Source: Lepidodermella squamata (Eukaryota > Animalia > Gastrotricha). From it: a DNA stretch of 64,000 bases. Below the pieces are notes generated by a model, which saw only the letters and a list, made by a program, of their open reading frames with translations, searched no databases and had not been told where the DNA came from. The stretch's first letter is position 1. Every line of letters begins with the position of its first letter. This document shows positions 36,544 to 50,084 of the stretch, piece by piece. The DNA lies in assembly GCA_047495785.1 (NCBI GenBank), contig JBLDXI010000034.1, forward strand, positions 310,001 through 374,000. The letters are read 5' to 3'. Position numbers and translations under genes: made by a program.

Positions 36544-38327
36544 TCACATTACATCAAACCAAAACAAGTGGTTGAGAGATGGCTGTAGGAAAGGCCGTTT
36601 CGGAAAATCGTCCCACAAGCACAAATCGGGCCGCCATATCGACATGAGCCTCCGAGTTGGCACCAGAGACAACCTCGCCGGCGTAGTAGCAAAACCACTG
36701 ATGCTTATAAATAGCCGATGCATTTTGGCTAAAAACAGCCAATCGACGTAACTCTTAGCCGCTGCAAACCAATCGTCGCCATCATTTGCTGGGCCATCGC
36801 CAATATTGTCGATATGCTTAATCGCTAGATCGACCTGGAAAATTTTAAATTCGATATTCGACTGTGGGCTGTTTGCAGTTCTCGCGAGATTTGTATTCGT
36901 GAAATTGTGAACGAAAGCTTGCCAAGCTTTTTCGCTATCAGCTGTCACGAAAATCGTGAACTTCGATGAGCTCGTTAAATTGGAGGCTGAAAATTCGGTA
37001 ATGAAACGTTCGACTTCTTCAGCGTAACATTGAACTTGAATCAGCTCGAAGAAATCCATTTTATCGAGGGCTTGAAAAAATTAAAATTAAAATTAAAAAT
37101 TGAAAATGCCTAATTAAAATTTCATTTAAAATTCTAAAACTGAAAAAAAAATTAAACGTAATTTAAATGATAAACATTAATTTGAACACAACACCAAATT
37201 AAATTTTTCAATTTCAAAGATTTTTGAAATTTAATTTTGAAAATAAAAATTTTGGGATTGGAAAATTTAAATTAGGTATAGAAAAAATTGCGAATGATTT
37301 CAAACTTACCAAATGTTCGAATTTGAACTCCCAATTTCATAGAATTGTCCCAAAATTTGCGACCAATATTTTCATCGATGGTTGAATCTATCAATCGCTG
37401 AAATTTATCGACAGGGTGTCTAAAAAGCACCCGTAAAGCTGCTGAGATCGCCAAATTGAAATCAACTGGGGAGTCGTCACGCTTGAATAAACTCGGCATT
37501 ATTCGACGTAATCTCGCATTGAAAACTTTATTTTCCAGGAAAATCACATCAAGACCGGTATATCGATTCGACATAACTCTGACATCGATTGATTTCTCAA
37601 AATTCGATGCGATTAATTCGTCGAAAAATGGCCCATTATCGATTTTAGCCGTATGAATCAGCCAAGTGATTTGCGAGTCTTCGAAATCGAATTCAGAAAA
37701 TTTTCGATCGCTTTGATAATTCGGGTAGTGATTTTCGTTGACCAGGTAAAATCGATTCAAATCAGTCTGATGCGGCCAATCGAATCGGAAGAATCGATTT
37801 GTGGCCACGGCTAGGTAGAAAGCTAAAATAGATCCCCGTAATCGATCGCCAAGGCCTTGACAGCTCAATTGCGGTCGTTGACACTCAGTTTGGTTGCGAT
37901 TTGAGCGAAATGTTGGAAATAACTCGTCGTAGCATTGCAATTTCGGAAATTTACAGATTGATGTGACGAACTTAACAGGATTCGTGTCTGTTAATTTTTC
38001 GAAATAATTTCGCCGTAATTCATCGGCTATTTTCTCTGCGAGAATGATATCGGCTCGATTTTCTGTTGGGATAAACAAATCCTTCAAAAAATGTATAACA
38101 AATGTTGAATTTTTAATTTAAAACATTCACTTTACCTGTGAATCAGTGAATTTTTCGAAGCTTGAATATTCCGGCTCGAATATTCCGGGGGATTCAGGGA
38201 TTGGTCTGGGTTTGATCTCGATTTTGGCGAGTTCATTATCGCTCAAAGAAATAAAAATGATTGAAAGAGGACCTGAAAATCCTAAAATAAGCGCGATTTT
38301 CAAAATTGCGTAGCGCCTTAATGCCAT
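36544..38327 (-). CDS. Type II membrane fucosyltransferase-superfamily (GT-B) enzyme (exons 38327-38136, 38081-37310, 37070-36544)
   Basis: N-terminal TM segment. GLGDRLRG..AFYLAVATNR, LGVQIRTF (motif I), IFVTADS (motif II), DWLFL....ISISGF (motif III). Introns splice in frame. Confidence 0.8.
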
Positions 38328-39074
38328 TTTATCATCGAAATTTCGCTTAATGAGAGGTCGCGATATCGATTTTTCAGCCACGCTGGAAAATCCTGAGTCG
38401 TTCTGATGTTTTCATTCTGATTGGCACGCGCTGCTGTTTTAATCAATAAAAATTAGGTGTAAAAATTCGCACTAAAAAATTTATGAATGAAAAATAGGCT
38501 CGAAATTTGGGTAAAAAGTATTTGCTCAGTTAAAGTTATGGTTCCAACAGAATTTTTCCATCTGATTTGCGCGTTCTTTTCTCGACCTACCATGCCGATG
38601 CTTTCGATCAGTTCTTGTTACCTGGTACATCATCTTCAGCCATTATCTATCAGTTATCTATCAGGATAGAAATACTATCTACTCACTAGACTGTTGTTGT
38701 GCACTTGAGAAACATTTTTATTTTTGTTTTGTTTGAGCCTGATGAGCCTAATGTAGACATTCCCTTTATTGCTGCTCCCCTGTTATTCCATTTGTCAAAC
38801 TACATTGAAATATCCCATGTGCGTTTTGTCAAACTACATCTCGATTCGCTGTTGCATGGTTGTCGCATTCGATGGCTACGTCTTTGCCGAAAATTACGAA
38901 TATAGCTTCGATTTTATTCTGCCACATTTTAGTAAATTTTGTCTTGAATATAGTTTGGCGCTGGGTTATGGATATTTATCAGCGCCGACAGTTTCTAGTT
39001 CATAGTTCCATATTTCCATAGTTCCACATTTTTAGGTCATTGTGCCTAGGTAAACATTTTACGGCGACCCAATT

Positions 39075-41363
39075 TAATTTTGGCTGCTTGAGTGTTTCGC
39101 TTAGAGATTAACCTGTTAATTATCATCAGCATAAACACTGACATGAACAGTTCTCAGCCAAATGCAAGGCTGTCTTATTACGGCAATCAAATGCGTCGAT
39201 GATGACTAGGAGATTCGTCAGGATTATCAGCATCATCTTCATTGCCGTGACATGCAGCTGCCTTCAACGAAGCGTCGCACCTTCGTTCCTTGTAGCATTC
39301 ACTTTGCCCTTGTTGGCGCGTAGTGCCTCTACCAACTCGACGTGGCCACGGCTGGCGGCAACATCCAGTGGCGTCGAGCCATAATTTGTGGCCCTATTCA
39401 CGTCGGCGTTGAACTCGCCAGCCAACATCCTCACCACCTCGACGTGGCCATTCTGGGCGGCGACGTACAGTGGAGTCGCGTCATTTATATTCGCAGAATC
39501 TACTTTCGCCTTGAACTCGCCAGCCAACATCCTCACCACCTCGACGTGGCCATTCTGGGCGGCGACGTACAGTGGAGTCGCGTCATCTATATTCGCAGAA
39601 TCTACTTTCGCCTTGAATTCGCCAGCCAACATCCTCACCACCACGACGTGGCCATTCTGGGCGGCCACGTGTATAGGCGTCCAGCCATCCTTATCGGCCC
39701 TATTCACGTCGGCGTTGAACCCGCCAGCCAACATCCTCACCACCTCGACGTGGCCATTGTAGGCGGCTGCAAACAGTGGAGTCGCGCCATCATTCATCGA
39801 AGAATCTACTTTCGCCTTGAACTCGCCAGCCAACATCCTCGCCACCTCGACGTGGTTGTTGAAGACGGCGATGTGCAATGGCGTCGCGCCCTTGGCATTA
39901 CGAACTTCTAGTTCCGCCTGAAATTGCTCGACCAGAGTCTTCACAATGTCGCTGTAGCCTTTCCGAGCAGCAAGGTACAACAGAGGACGCCCCTCGTCGT
40001 CTTTGCAATCAGGGCTAAGACCTAGGTCCCTGTTCAACAGCAATAGCACCAATTTCAACATGTCTTTCTGCCGACAAACGCAGTCAAATAGCTCCTGATA
40101 ATTAAAATTACTAACGCCTGAATGAATTGTAACATAATCCGTTGCTACCTTAACAGCCTCTTGGTTAGGTCGAACGAATGACTGGTCTGGCTGAAGAATG
40201 AAAGGGTTGATGCATCAAGGTTGCAACATTTTAGATGTTTACCTTTGTATACCGCATGGGTGCTGATTTCAATAGAAAACTGTGTTCTTGAAGCTGACTT
40301 GAGTTCGGTCGATTGTCAGGATTGACGGAAAGCATTGTCATGACAAATTCTCGGAATTCATCGGAATAGCCACGTGATTCGTCAAATGGTTTAAGGTTAT
40401 TACTACAATGTTATAGATTTCAGTCGGAGGACACTGTGTCAAACTGAAAATACCTCAAAATACCCGGCGAAGAGATGAACTGGAAAATTAGTTAAAACTC
40501 AGTAAGTATAACTCAGTCAAGATAATTCTCATACTGGTACATAGAAGTTGGCTAATTTGAAGAGCGCGAATCCCAACGACCAAACGTCACTTGCAGGGGA
40601 TTTCGGTCGACCGTTCAATACCTCTGGAGGTGAAGTGCTCCACTTAGCTAGAGCGTGTTGGCCACTGTTTTCGGCATCTAACTTATTTCTTATTAAAAGC
40701 TCATTTTCCAACTTACATTTCCAATTTCTCAATGATTCCCAAATCAGCTAGTTTCGATGTGCTACGGTCTGCCGTCAAAAGTACATTGCTTGTAGTTATA
40801 TTTAGATGAACGATATTTCGGTCGTGAAGATAAGCTAAAGCAGGTACGAGTTGGCGGGACCATATTTGAAGCATAATTTCCGGGATGGGTCTAGTCTCAG
40901 GTGTGATCAGGCTTTCGAAGCTTCCTCCCCCGCAAAACTCCATCACCAAATATCTCATCATGCAGTTGCGAGAAGAAGAATCATCACCGGAATATGTCTC
41001 TATAGTTGGAATATTATTAAGAAGAACTAAGAGGAGTAGAGCATTACCTTCGAAAGCGCCGAACACTTTGACAATGTTTGCATGGCTGATATCGACCATC
41101 AACAAATCCTGAGATTTGAAAATATGACATGAATTATTGTGGTTATGGCGAAAACTCACTCTTTCGTGGAGAAGTTCAGCAATTTTGTCGAAGTGTTTTT
41201 CGAAAGTCTTGCGAAGGGTTGTCAAGTTGGTTTCTTTGATAACCACTTGCTGTTGATCACGCCCGTTACGTTTGCACAACATAGGTTGTCGAAGGCCGCC
41301 ATAACGCAAGACTTTACCAACAGTGAACTCCGACATAGATCGAGGATAATTTCTTGGTTCCAT
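39075..41363 (-). CDS. Pseudokinase-ankyrin repeat protein, copy A (C-terminus frameshifted at ~39270; possibly decaying)
   Basis: VVIKE, YLVMEFCGGGS, IVHLNITTSNVLL, KLADLG, PPE, SDVWSLG, then 34-aa ANK repeats. The tail aligns to copy B only across frameshifts. Confidence 0.8.
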
Positions 41364-41812
41364 ATTCAATCCGAAGCTAAAAATAATGGAAAGGAAGTAA
41401 AATTTGCCCTTGGGAATTAGAAAAGAGGAGAAAAGCATCACTACAAAAGGAACCTATTTCTTCAAAGTGGTGATAAGAAATCGGAGATACCGCGGTGGCT
41501 CGTCATATCATATCTGCCAGAAACACGCTGAAACGCGCATTAATATTTGTACACCAATCTCTGGGCGAGGTTTGCCGGCAATATTGAGACCTCTTGCTAT
41601 CTTTATGTTTACGACCTTATTCATCTTGCACCTCCATAGAGTGAAAACGGAAGTATTATGTTTGAATGAAAGATGAACTGCCCTCATGGTGTGGCAAGAG
41701 TCATTTCAAGTTTTCGGAAATCAAAATCGCAGAAGTTTATTATTCAAGATAACTCGATAAATCAATCAAAAATTCGAGTTGAGTCAGTTCTCTCAAAATT
41801 TTCCCTTTGCTC

Positions 41813-41862
41813 TTCAAGGAGCTTCGATAAGCTTGCCGTACTTCGCCAAGAACTTTTGAAAC
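41813..41862 (-). pseudogene. Short relic of NmrA-like 3' end
   Basis: ttcaaggagcttcgataagcttgccgtacttcgccaagaact duplicates 42415-42456. Confidence 0.6.
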
Positions 41863-42415
41863 TTTTCACTCTACTGTCCTGCTTCAAATGTTCCGCAAAA
41901 CCAGGGGACATTCCTCTACATCAACCGCTTAGCCCCAAGCAACGGTAGTGCACATTGTTGCTATTGCGAATTGCACCATGGCTATGCCGCAATCGAGCGC
42001 CGACTTTTAGAAGAGCACATGAGTGAGATTACTCGATGTTCTTCAAATGCAATGAGATTCAAAACCTGCCCAAGGGTCACGTATTAATGAGTCAGCTATT
42101 GCTGATCGATCCATGGATCGCTTCCATGGCTTTCTACATCGGAAGGGAAGAGACGCCGAGAATCTGATAGATATAATAGCGAGAGCTAGAGCAACGTTTC
42201 GTCAAGGTTCACTGGGGCTTTAACATAATGCTCGATTAGGATGCGAATGAAATCAACACTGTTTGAAGTTTGCATAGGTTTATTATTCCAAGTTATCGTT
42301 GAATACAGTTTCAGATTCTTCGCTAAGTGTAACATCTGCAAATTGAAACCTATTTCCGCCTTATTGTCCAAAGAGTCGAAATTTTTTTTTCAATTTTTCC
42401 GATATTCCAACGGTT

Positions 42416-43722
42416 TCAAGGAGCTTTGATAAGTTTGCCGTACTTCGCCAAGAACTGATCAAAGTTCATGAGTTTCGGGTTCAGCTTTTTCGTAGCTTCG
42501 AAATCGCGGCTAGCAGTCAATGGCTCGGAGAAATCCTGGTAAAACTGGAACATGTTCGCCATATCAGCCGCGCCAGGAAACGGCAAGTTCCGGAAAACTT
42601 CGATAGGAGTAGGCTGGTACAGAATCTCCTCACCTAGAACCTTACCAACCTTCTCAGCTTGCTCGCTCATCGTCATGGTTTCACTGGCAATCGCAACTCG
42701 CTTACCAATCCAAGTTGGGTCTTGGAAGATTCCGTAAGCACATCGTCCAATATCGTCCACGGCCATTCCAGGCGTTTTGACGTGCCCCATCGGCGCCGTG
42801 ATCATCAATTTACCATCCTGACCACGATGCATCGCGACCATGCCGGTACAGAAGTTGTCCCAAAATCCCGGGGTTACCATAAAGGTAACAGGCTGGCCGT
42901 CGAAGAATTTGTCGGAGCCAGCTTTAGTCTCGCAGAATGGTACTTTGTACTTGCCGTGCAATGTTGGCAATCGATCGTCGTTAAGAGGTCCAAACTTGTG
43001 CGGGTCATCCAACGTAGACCAGATAACATGCTTGATCCCAGCTTTCCTACAAAAATAGGATAGGATAGGATAAGATAGGGCAGATAGGATAAATGGTCAC
43101 ACTTCGCTAGTTTGTATTTAATAATTTTTCAAATTTGTTTATTTAAATTGAAGGAGATGCAATGGATCGCTTGAATTTCATTACTGAAACTTATCCCGGG
43201 AGGGTTTTACTTCTTGCGAATTTCGTATTCTGTTGTATAACTTTTTTTAAATCATTTTAATTTATTTCCGTTTTAATTTGGGTTTTAGGGCTTTTTTTCA
43301 AGAGAATAGAATAGGATTCCATTTTCTAAGGACATGGCAGAAAGTATGCTTCAACTTGCCTCGCCGCGTTAGCCATAGACTTGATTTGTGTAGTTTCTTT
43401 CTCGGGGTCAGCCCAATCGATGACCGAAACGCAAAACAAGCCATACGAGCCTTTGATAGCCTCGGCCAACGCGTCCTCGTCATTAGCGTCGACCTGGACG
43501 ACTTCGACACCCTGCTCAGTCAAGGCCTTTGCTTTCGCCGAATTTACGTCTCGGGTTAAAGCACGAGCCTTGAATTCGGTAGTAGGATCTTCCAAAATTG
43601 CTCGAACAACAGAGCCACCCTTCAGAAAATGAATATAATATATAAAGTAGCTCTGAAGGTTGCTACTTTACCTGTTGTCCAGTTGCTCCTACAACAGAAA
43701 TGATTTTCTTGTCAGATGCCAT
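42416..43722 (-). CDS. NmrA-like (NMRAL1/HSCARG-type atypical SDR) protein, copy A; 3 exons
   Basis: MASDKKIISVVGATGQQ|GGSVVRAIL...RALTRD...GIKHVIWSTL...VDDIGRCA...MFQFY. Intron 2 is GC-AG. Confidence 0.9.
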
Positions 43723-45165
43723 TATAATTCGAGGAACAATACTACAGACTGTTTTGTTGCAGCGGTGAACTCGTAATCTTATATCAACAGCCTACAAGTT
43801 GGAATAAATTTGACCTATCAAATTAAAAAATCTCAACCACTATTTCGTGTTGCGGTTTTTGCTTGAATTCAGCTGTTTGAAAATAACAAGCTTACACGTG
43901 TTATTTCCATTCGTCATCATGGTAGACAGTGCTGAACAAAAATTGTCAGCTTTTTCGGTCAAAATTTCTTCTGTGATCGGACAACTCACTCATTGGCAAA
44001 AACAACATCCAAATCACGCATCCCGCGGCTCGTCCGTTATTGCCTAGTGCTACACGCGTGATCTTTATTCGTAATCATGGGTGAAAGTGCGGGTCAAAAA
44101 GTGTCAGCCTTGTTGGTCAAAATAACTATTTAACCCGTATTAGCCGAAACACACGCCCGTGTGTAGCAATTTTAAAAAATTGCAGAAAAATAACAGTGAT
44201 AGTTGTAGTTAAAAAAGAATATATTCTGGTTCCTCATGGTCTTAACTATGTTGAAGGAATTTTTAGGATTTTTTCGTCAATTGTTGTCATGGAGAAAATA
44301 TTACGCAACCGTTACACACTTGGCTGGTCGTGAAAAAAACAGTAGTCGCGTGTTTTTTTCGACCTGGCACGCGATGGCCAGTAGTTTGTGGCCTGAAAAG
44401 CTTTTGTAATTTCATTTTCCAGGTCTTAAGCTATTTATTAAAAAAAAATTACTATCATAGTGTTCACCGACTTAACGGTATTAATTTTTAAAAAACACCA
44501 CACACCGGTGTGTGTTCAGGCACAAAGTGAACTATTCAAGAATATCATATTTTTACTATAACACCGCTATAACCTCGAATTGATGATCACTTATGCTTGG
44601 ATTCCACCAAAGTAAGCCTGGGGATCAAGATTCTACAGTTTCCGGACTTCCATGCGCCTCACATTGCTAAAAAACAAAATATGTGCATTTTTTACGTCTA
44701 AAAAACGTGCTTAAATGGAAATTACTCCAGAATGGTCGCCGACTGTCGCAAAATGCTTTCAAATTATTGTTGGTCAATGTTTATGCGATAACGTTACGCA
44801 TATTTGTGAAGCCTGATGGTCATCCAACATGTCCCACATAAAAAACAAGCGTAAAAAATGAGAGGTCAAAAAGTTAAGTTTGGTTTTTTTGGAAAAATTT
44901 CATGGAAATTGGAAGAGAGCATGTTGAAATGACCTAAACTACATTTTTCCGCACAAGAATCCTCCACATTGGCGAGATTTTACATTTTTTGTAAAAAAAA
45001 TTGCATTTTTTCGGGCAGCGCATTGCGCCTGGACACACACCGGCGTGTGGTTACACCGGTGGTATTCAACACAAGAAAATTTGACGTCACAGATTTTTTT
45101 CTCAACATTCCATGTTGTTGCCCGACCAAGCAGCGTTAAACAGGATCGGGTTTCAGCGGTTTGAA

Positions 45166-45660
45166 TCAGCCCTGTGTTCGTTCGCAAATGGCAGTAAAAG
45201 CTTGGGTGCAGCTTACTCTGATCATCGAACCGAAACGTATACCCACACCTAGATAATAAATTTGATTGGCGAACACGTCGTAGAGAAGAATTTTTCTGGC
45301 TTACAATCTTTGTCTTCACTACTGCCAATATCCTCAGCAAAATCGAATGCCGAGTTGTTGAAGGGCACATCCGTTATCCAAGAATAGGTCCTGGGCTGCG
45401 TTAGCTTCCCGCCTATGAAAAATCCGTAAAGTTGAGTCTGATTCATAATAGCCCTGGCAGCGTCGTAAGTCGCCTGATCCTTGATAATGACCAAAGTTTT
45501 GTTTCGGCTCGCGCAGTAAGCTGCCGTCGCATCTCCAACATCACCGGTTGTTGGCGTGACCTCCAGATCCGCTAATGTCTGAAAAATATGCACAAAAATT
45601 AATAATTCAAGATATAGGCCCATATAAATACATTCCCGCCACAAATACCGCTGGTATTAC
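45166..45660 (-). pseudogene. Partial lectin-family copy: intact second-CTLD exons only
   Basis: TLADLEVTPTTG...LVIIKDQATYDAARA...WITDVP...C|VGIRFGSM...AICERTQG*. Upstream exon is truncated at ~45660. Confidence 0.7.
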
Positions 45661-46629
45661 GATCAGGGTTGGCAATGTAAAAACAGGCGTGTTAAAACAA
45701 GCCTGTAAAAACATGTAATTCCAGGTCATTTTCTGCATTTATAAACTGTAAAAACTCATTTAGCGTTGTCAGGATAGGCAATTGCCCAGTTTTCTTCGCA
45801 AAACGCTGTATATTTAAGCCTTCCAATTATTTAAACAACTTTGCCACTAGAGAACTATGGCTACACAATATCTATCGTCAGCCAGTAATGTCGATTATGC
45901 CAAGCGGCTGTTTATGTAGCTTCACAAGAATTTGTAAATTACTCATTTCCATTAGTTGTTATCTCTGAACATATTTATTTAATTTATAGAACTCGGAGCA
46001 AGTTCACCACAGTTGACAGTTGCTAATAGTCCAGTAAATTTAAGGAAATCGGTTTCTTGGGAAGTTTTTCGCCGATACCGCAACCAAGACTGCAATGTCG
46101 ATTTAATGGAGAAGGCGCTCCAAAAGAAACTGGACAGCCAAGCTAGAGACCCGGCTACAACGGCTGCTACAACTTCACAAGCTGTGAAAGTTGAAAATGA
46201 TTCCGACTGGGAGTAACTCTGTTGAGAAGATGTATCAAACACATCAAAGATAGAATTCAATAAAAATCCAGTATGCAGGTGCAATGCAATCATGTAGAAT
46301 TACTACGGCTGTACCCATAAAAAATGCCAATGTATTTTTTTGCAGAGTCATTATCAATAACGTTCCATGACCAGAGATCGTCTCTGAAAAAATTATCTTG
46401 CTCCTTTATTTTTGTTTATTTTTCAGCTCCCAAATTCTAAGAAAATCTATACAAATCATAGATAATTTCAGATTCATTAAGCCGCGGATCATGCTTCGCC
46501 AATCAGGCGCATTTTCGGAATACGATACTAACACGATTATGTTATATTTATAAGTTGAATATTTTATTAATGAGTTTGGGCTTGACTGCGATGCGAAAAC
46601 GAGTTAAAGAGAGCAAGATCTAAAAAATG

Positions 46630-46760
46630 AAGCCGATTTTTGGATCCGCTTTCTGGATCTAGAATCTGGGTCCAATATTTAGATCTGATTCTCAGAGCCA
46701 GAATCTGGATCCAAAATCTGGATCCAATATTTGGATCTAAATTCTGGAACTCGGACCCCT
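46630..46760. repeat. Degenerate ~12-bp minisatellite (aaatctggatcc-like)
   Basis: Repeated tggatcc/tggatct/aatctgg units. Confidence 0.6.
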
Positions 46761-46882
46761 TATTTGGGCAGTTAAATTGTTAACACACAAGAGAATCTAT
46801 TAGCGTGCAATCATTTTCTCAACGTTATTCGAAATTTGGTCCAAAATCGTGCAGCATCACAGATCACAGGCAAATGTCTCAA

Positions 46883-49473
46883 TCAGGCTTGAATTCGCTC
46901 GCATATTGCAACATATGTAAGAGAGCAAGCCGTCTTTCTCAAATAACCGAGATACAGACCCGCACCTAGGTAATAAATTATATTAAGCGAACGCGTGATA
47001 TGACCTATTTTCTGACTTACAGTCTTCACCTTCGAGATAAGGTATGTCAGCGAAATCGAATAGCGAGTTGTTAAAGGGTTCGCCCGTTATCCATGAAAAG
47101 GTCATTGGTTCCACTTGTGTCGCTCCTATGTAATATCCGAAACCTGAATCACTCGCAACAAGAGCCCTGGCAGCGTCGTAGGTCGCCTGATCCTTGATTA
47201 TGACGAGGGATTTATTTCGACTCGCGCATTCAGCAGCCATTTCAGATCTATTGCCGGTGGTTGGCGTGGCTTCCAGGTCCGACAATGACTGAAAATTAGA
47301 TAAAATTAGCAATGGGCGATAAATTAAGAGGATCAGATTACATTTCCGGCACAAATACCGCTGACATTATGGTAGCATAGTGCATCCCAGTAGCCTCCAT
47401 CGTGCCGTAAGGTCATACCTGCGAATCAACCAATGAAACATAATAAATAACCATTATAATCCTAATGCAACCATCTGGCAATTGAATAACAAAAACTGCT
47501 GCCAGATTTGTGAAAAACTCAATCGGTACTATAAGTAAAAATCTGACAATAACCGAAGAGAATTGTTTCGGTGATATTTGACTTGGAGAAAAAATCAAAG
47601 AAATTGGACAAAATCTCGAAAAAAACAATACAATATCAAAACATTTATATGGATTTATAGATTATGCGTTGAGTAAGGACACTCACATTTCCTATTGCCC
47701 ACTGGAGCGTTGGGATGCCAAAATGGTGAATCAACTTCAACGAGAGTGCCATCGTCCCACCTGTAATCAGCCGACAGGCCAACCAGAGCGATGCGTTCCG
47801 GAAGCATTGCTGCGGCGGAATCAAAATCAGCCTGCGAAAAGATGGTCGCCAGGCGACCGCCTTGTTCCTTACAGGCATTTAGTTGATGACGAAAGTTGCG
47901 CCGAGTTGGCTCGAGGAAATACTTAGATGGTTTCAGGTCTTTCATGCAGGCTGCGTAGTTATCAGCGAATTTCGTCGAGTTTGAATAGACGTTCACCTAT
48001 TTTGAGAAACGTGAATAATCCTAAATAACGCCGGTAAAACTAGCTCTTTAGTCCCTACCTTGGTTGAACCGTCCGGACAGATGTTGTAACATTTCTTGCC
48101 GTCTGGAGTATCGCACTGAACAGCTAACTTCGAAGCCAAAACAAAAATTCTCAATTTTCTAAAAGAATGTCTAAACGATTCAATGAAATTTACCCAAGAT
48201 AAGCAGTTTGCTTTGTTTCGGTAGACACCAGTGGAAAATTCGCCGGTCTCATTGGCGCCGCATTTCAGTCGGCATCCACTGAATTCGCGAGTGACAGCGT
48301 TGAAGCAGCGGATTTGCGGCTTGGAAGCATCGGCAGCTTCGCCTGCGAAACAGAAAGTCTTGCGAAAATTGACTAAATATAGGCACTCACTGCTGATGCT
48401 CTGCAGACAGGCGGGCAAGCTCGGCAGTCCCTTCACATTGTCTAAATTCATAAGCTCATAAACGGGTACTTGAACGACGCGTTCGATCATTTTACCGAAT
48501 TTGCTGGGCAGGGAAAATTGCTCGGAGTGCAAGTTACGGGCCGTTGAGCTGAATCTACACACTGGTCGAATTTCCCATTCTGTTAAATAAGAAACAAATT
48601 ACATGTTTACTTTTAGTAACAAAAATGCCTCGATTATACTTACAGGAAAAGCGTTGTAATCAGTAGCACATGCCGCTAAATTCGACCTGAAAGGATAGAC
48701 GCCATTGTAGGAACCACCAACCTAGAATGGGGTTGCAAAAAGAAAATTAGAATTATTATTTAAATTTTAGCTAAATCTGGCTGTAGTATCACGTCATAGG
48801 GAACTATCACATCTACATATTGTTTGAATTTTGAAATCTTCTGTTTCATTTTTGAAGCTTTTAACAAGAAACAGCGCTTTTCGAAATCAGGCCGAACTAG
48901 TCAGATGAATAATTGACCAACCATAATTTCGTTGGCTTTGCCACAACCAGGGCTGCCAGGTCGGCATGTTGCTGCGAAACTGGTGAATCTATAGCACAGC
49001 CTGGCAGTCTGTATGTAATAAAACAAATATTCAAAAGCGAACTAATATGGGACAGGATAACATACCGCCTTCATACACGTGGCTTTATCTGGCTGGCTGT
49101 CACCAAGCTGCCGAAAAATTATTATGGATTATTTGCTGGACTAAACATTTTAGTGTGAAGCTTGAAACGTTTTGACAAGATTTTTGATAATTTTGTTCTA
49201 ACCGCGGGTGAAATACCGATAGTTACCGTAACATCAGGTTTTTCCGGTCAACTATTTGGCGAGATCGAATAGTGGCACTCTGGAAATGTGTAAAAGTGTT
49301 AAATATCATCAACTCACTTGATATTCGCGTAATTGCCAACAGCCGTTCGGAATTTCCCGGCAATCAGTGAATGCGTCATCGAATTGCGAAAAACAACGAG
49401 CCCATTCGCCGCTTTGCACAACGTTGATGGTAGAGAACAACACGGCCAAAATCGGGATGAGTAACCGTTTCAT
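46883..49473 (-). CDS. Cys-repeat + 2x CTLD protein, copy 4
   Basis: MKRLLIPILAVLFSTINVVQSGEWARCFSQFDD...; same exon series. Ends ICERIQA*. Confidence 0.85.
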
Positions 49474-50084
49474 AACTCGCTTGTTGCAGATTAATTCCAA
49501 GGAATTATTAGATTTTCAGATTTAAATTATTAGAAATGTTTTATATTCGATATTTTGAAACGAGACCGGAGACAGGAGAGCCTGATCCTCTCCAGTCACG
49601 TGCAATTTTCCTATATCTGTATTCGGACACCTCATTATTGGCAAGTAGCAACATTCGGACCAGGTCGCGTGTTGTCTTTTTAAATCAGGCAAAAAGTGAG
49701 ACCGTCTGCAAGAAAAACATGTTTTTAGGGTTTTTTATTCCCTGCCTCGTCCTTGGTGGCCTGGTGGAGTTCGATGAAAAAATGTGACACTCCAAATGAC
49801 GAACAAAGTCGAGCGACCAGATTTTCGTGAACCATTTTTGGATAGAGCTCGAGCAATAAACGGGTGTGTTAGCGCCTTTTGCCCCTAACACAAAAATGGC
49901 TTTTGAAAACGGATTGCAACGCCGAATCCTAGCAACCGTTACCAAGACGCGGTACATCTGGTGTTGACGGAAGTTTTTCTTGATCATTTATGGCCGCAGT
50001 CAGCAAGTCTTGCCGAGAAAACGGGATGTGCGGAAGAGGGTCAAAATTTTGGACCCTGATCGGAGTCTTTCGCAATTTTTTCTT

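Larger units (their letters stand above)
38925..43970 (-). repeat. Left arm of ~5-kb inverted segmental duplication (partner 57200-62280)
   Basis: Same gene order (NmrA then kinase-ANK) plus recognisable homologous upstream, intergenic and downstream non-coding sequence in opposite orientation. Confidence 0.85.

Noticed and set aside
39342-39911. Plus-strand His-rich repeat ORFs (and minus-strand equivalents at 60969-61915)
   Set aside because: Antisense shadows of the ankyrin repeats.
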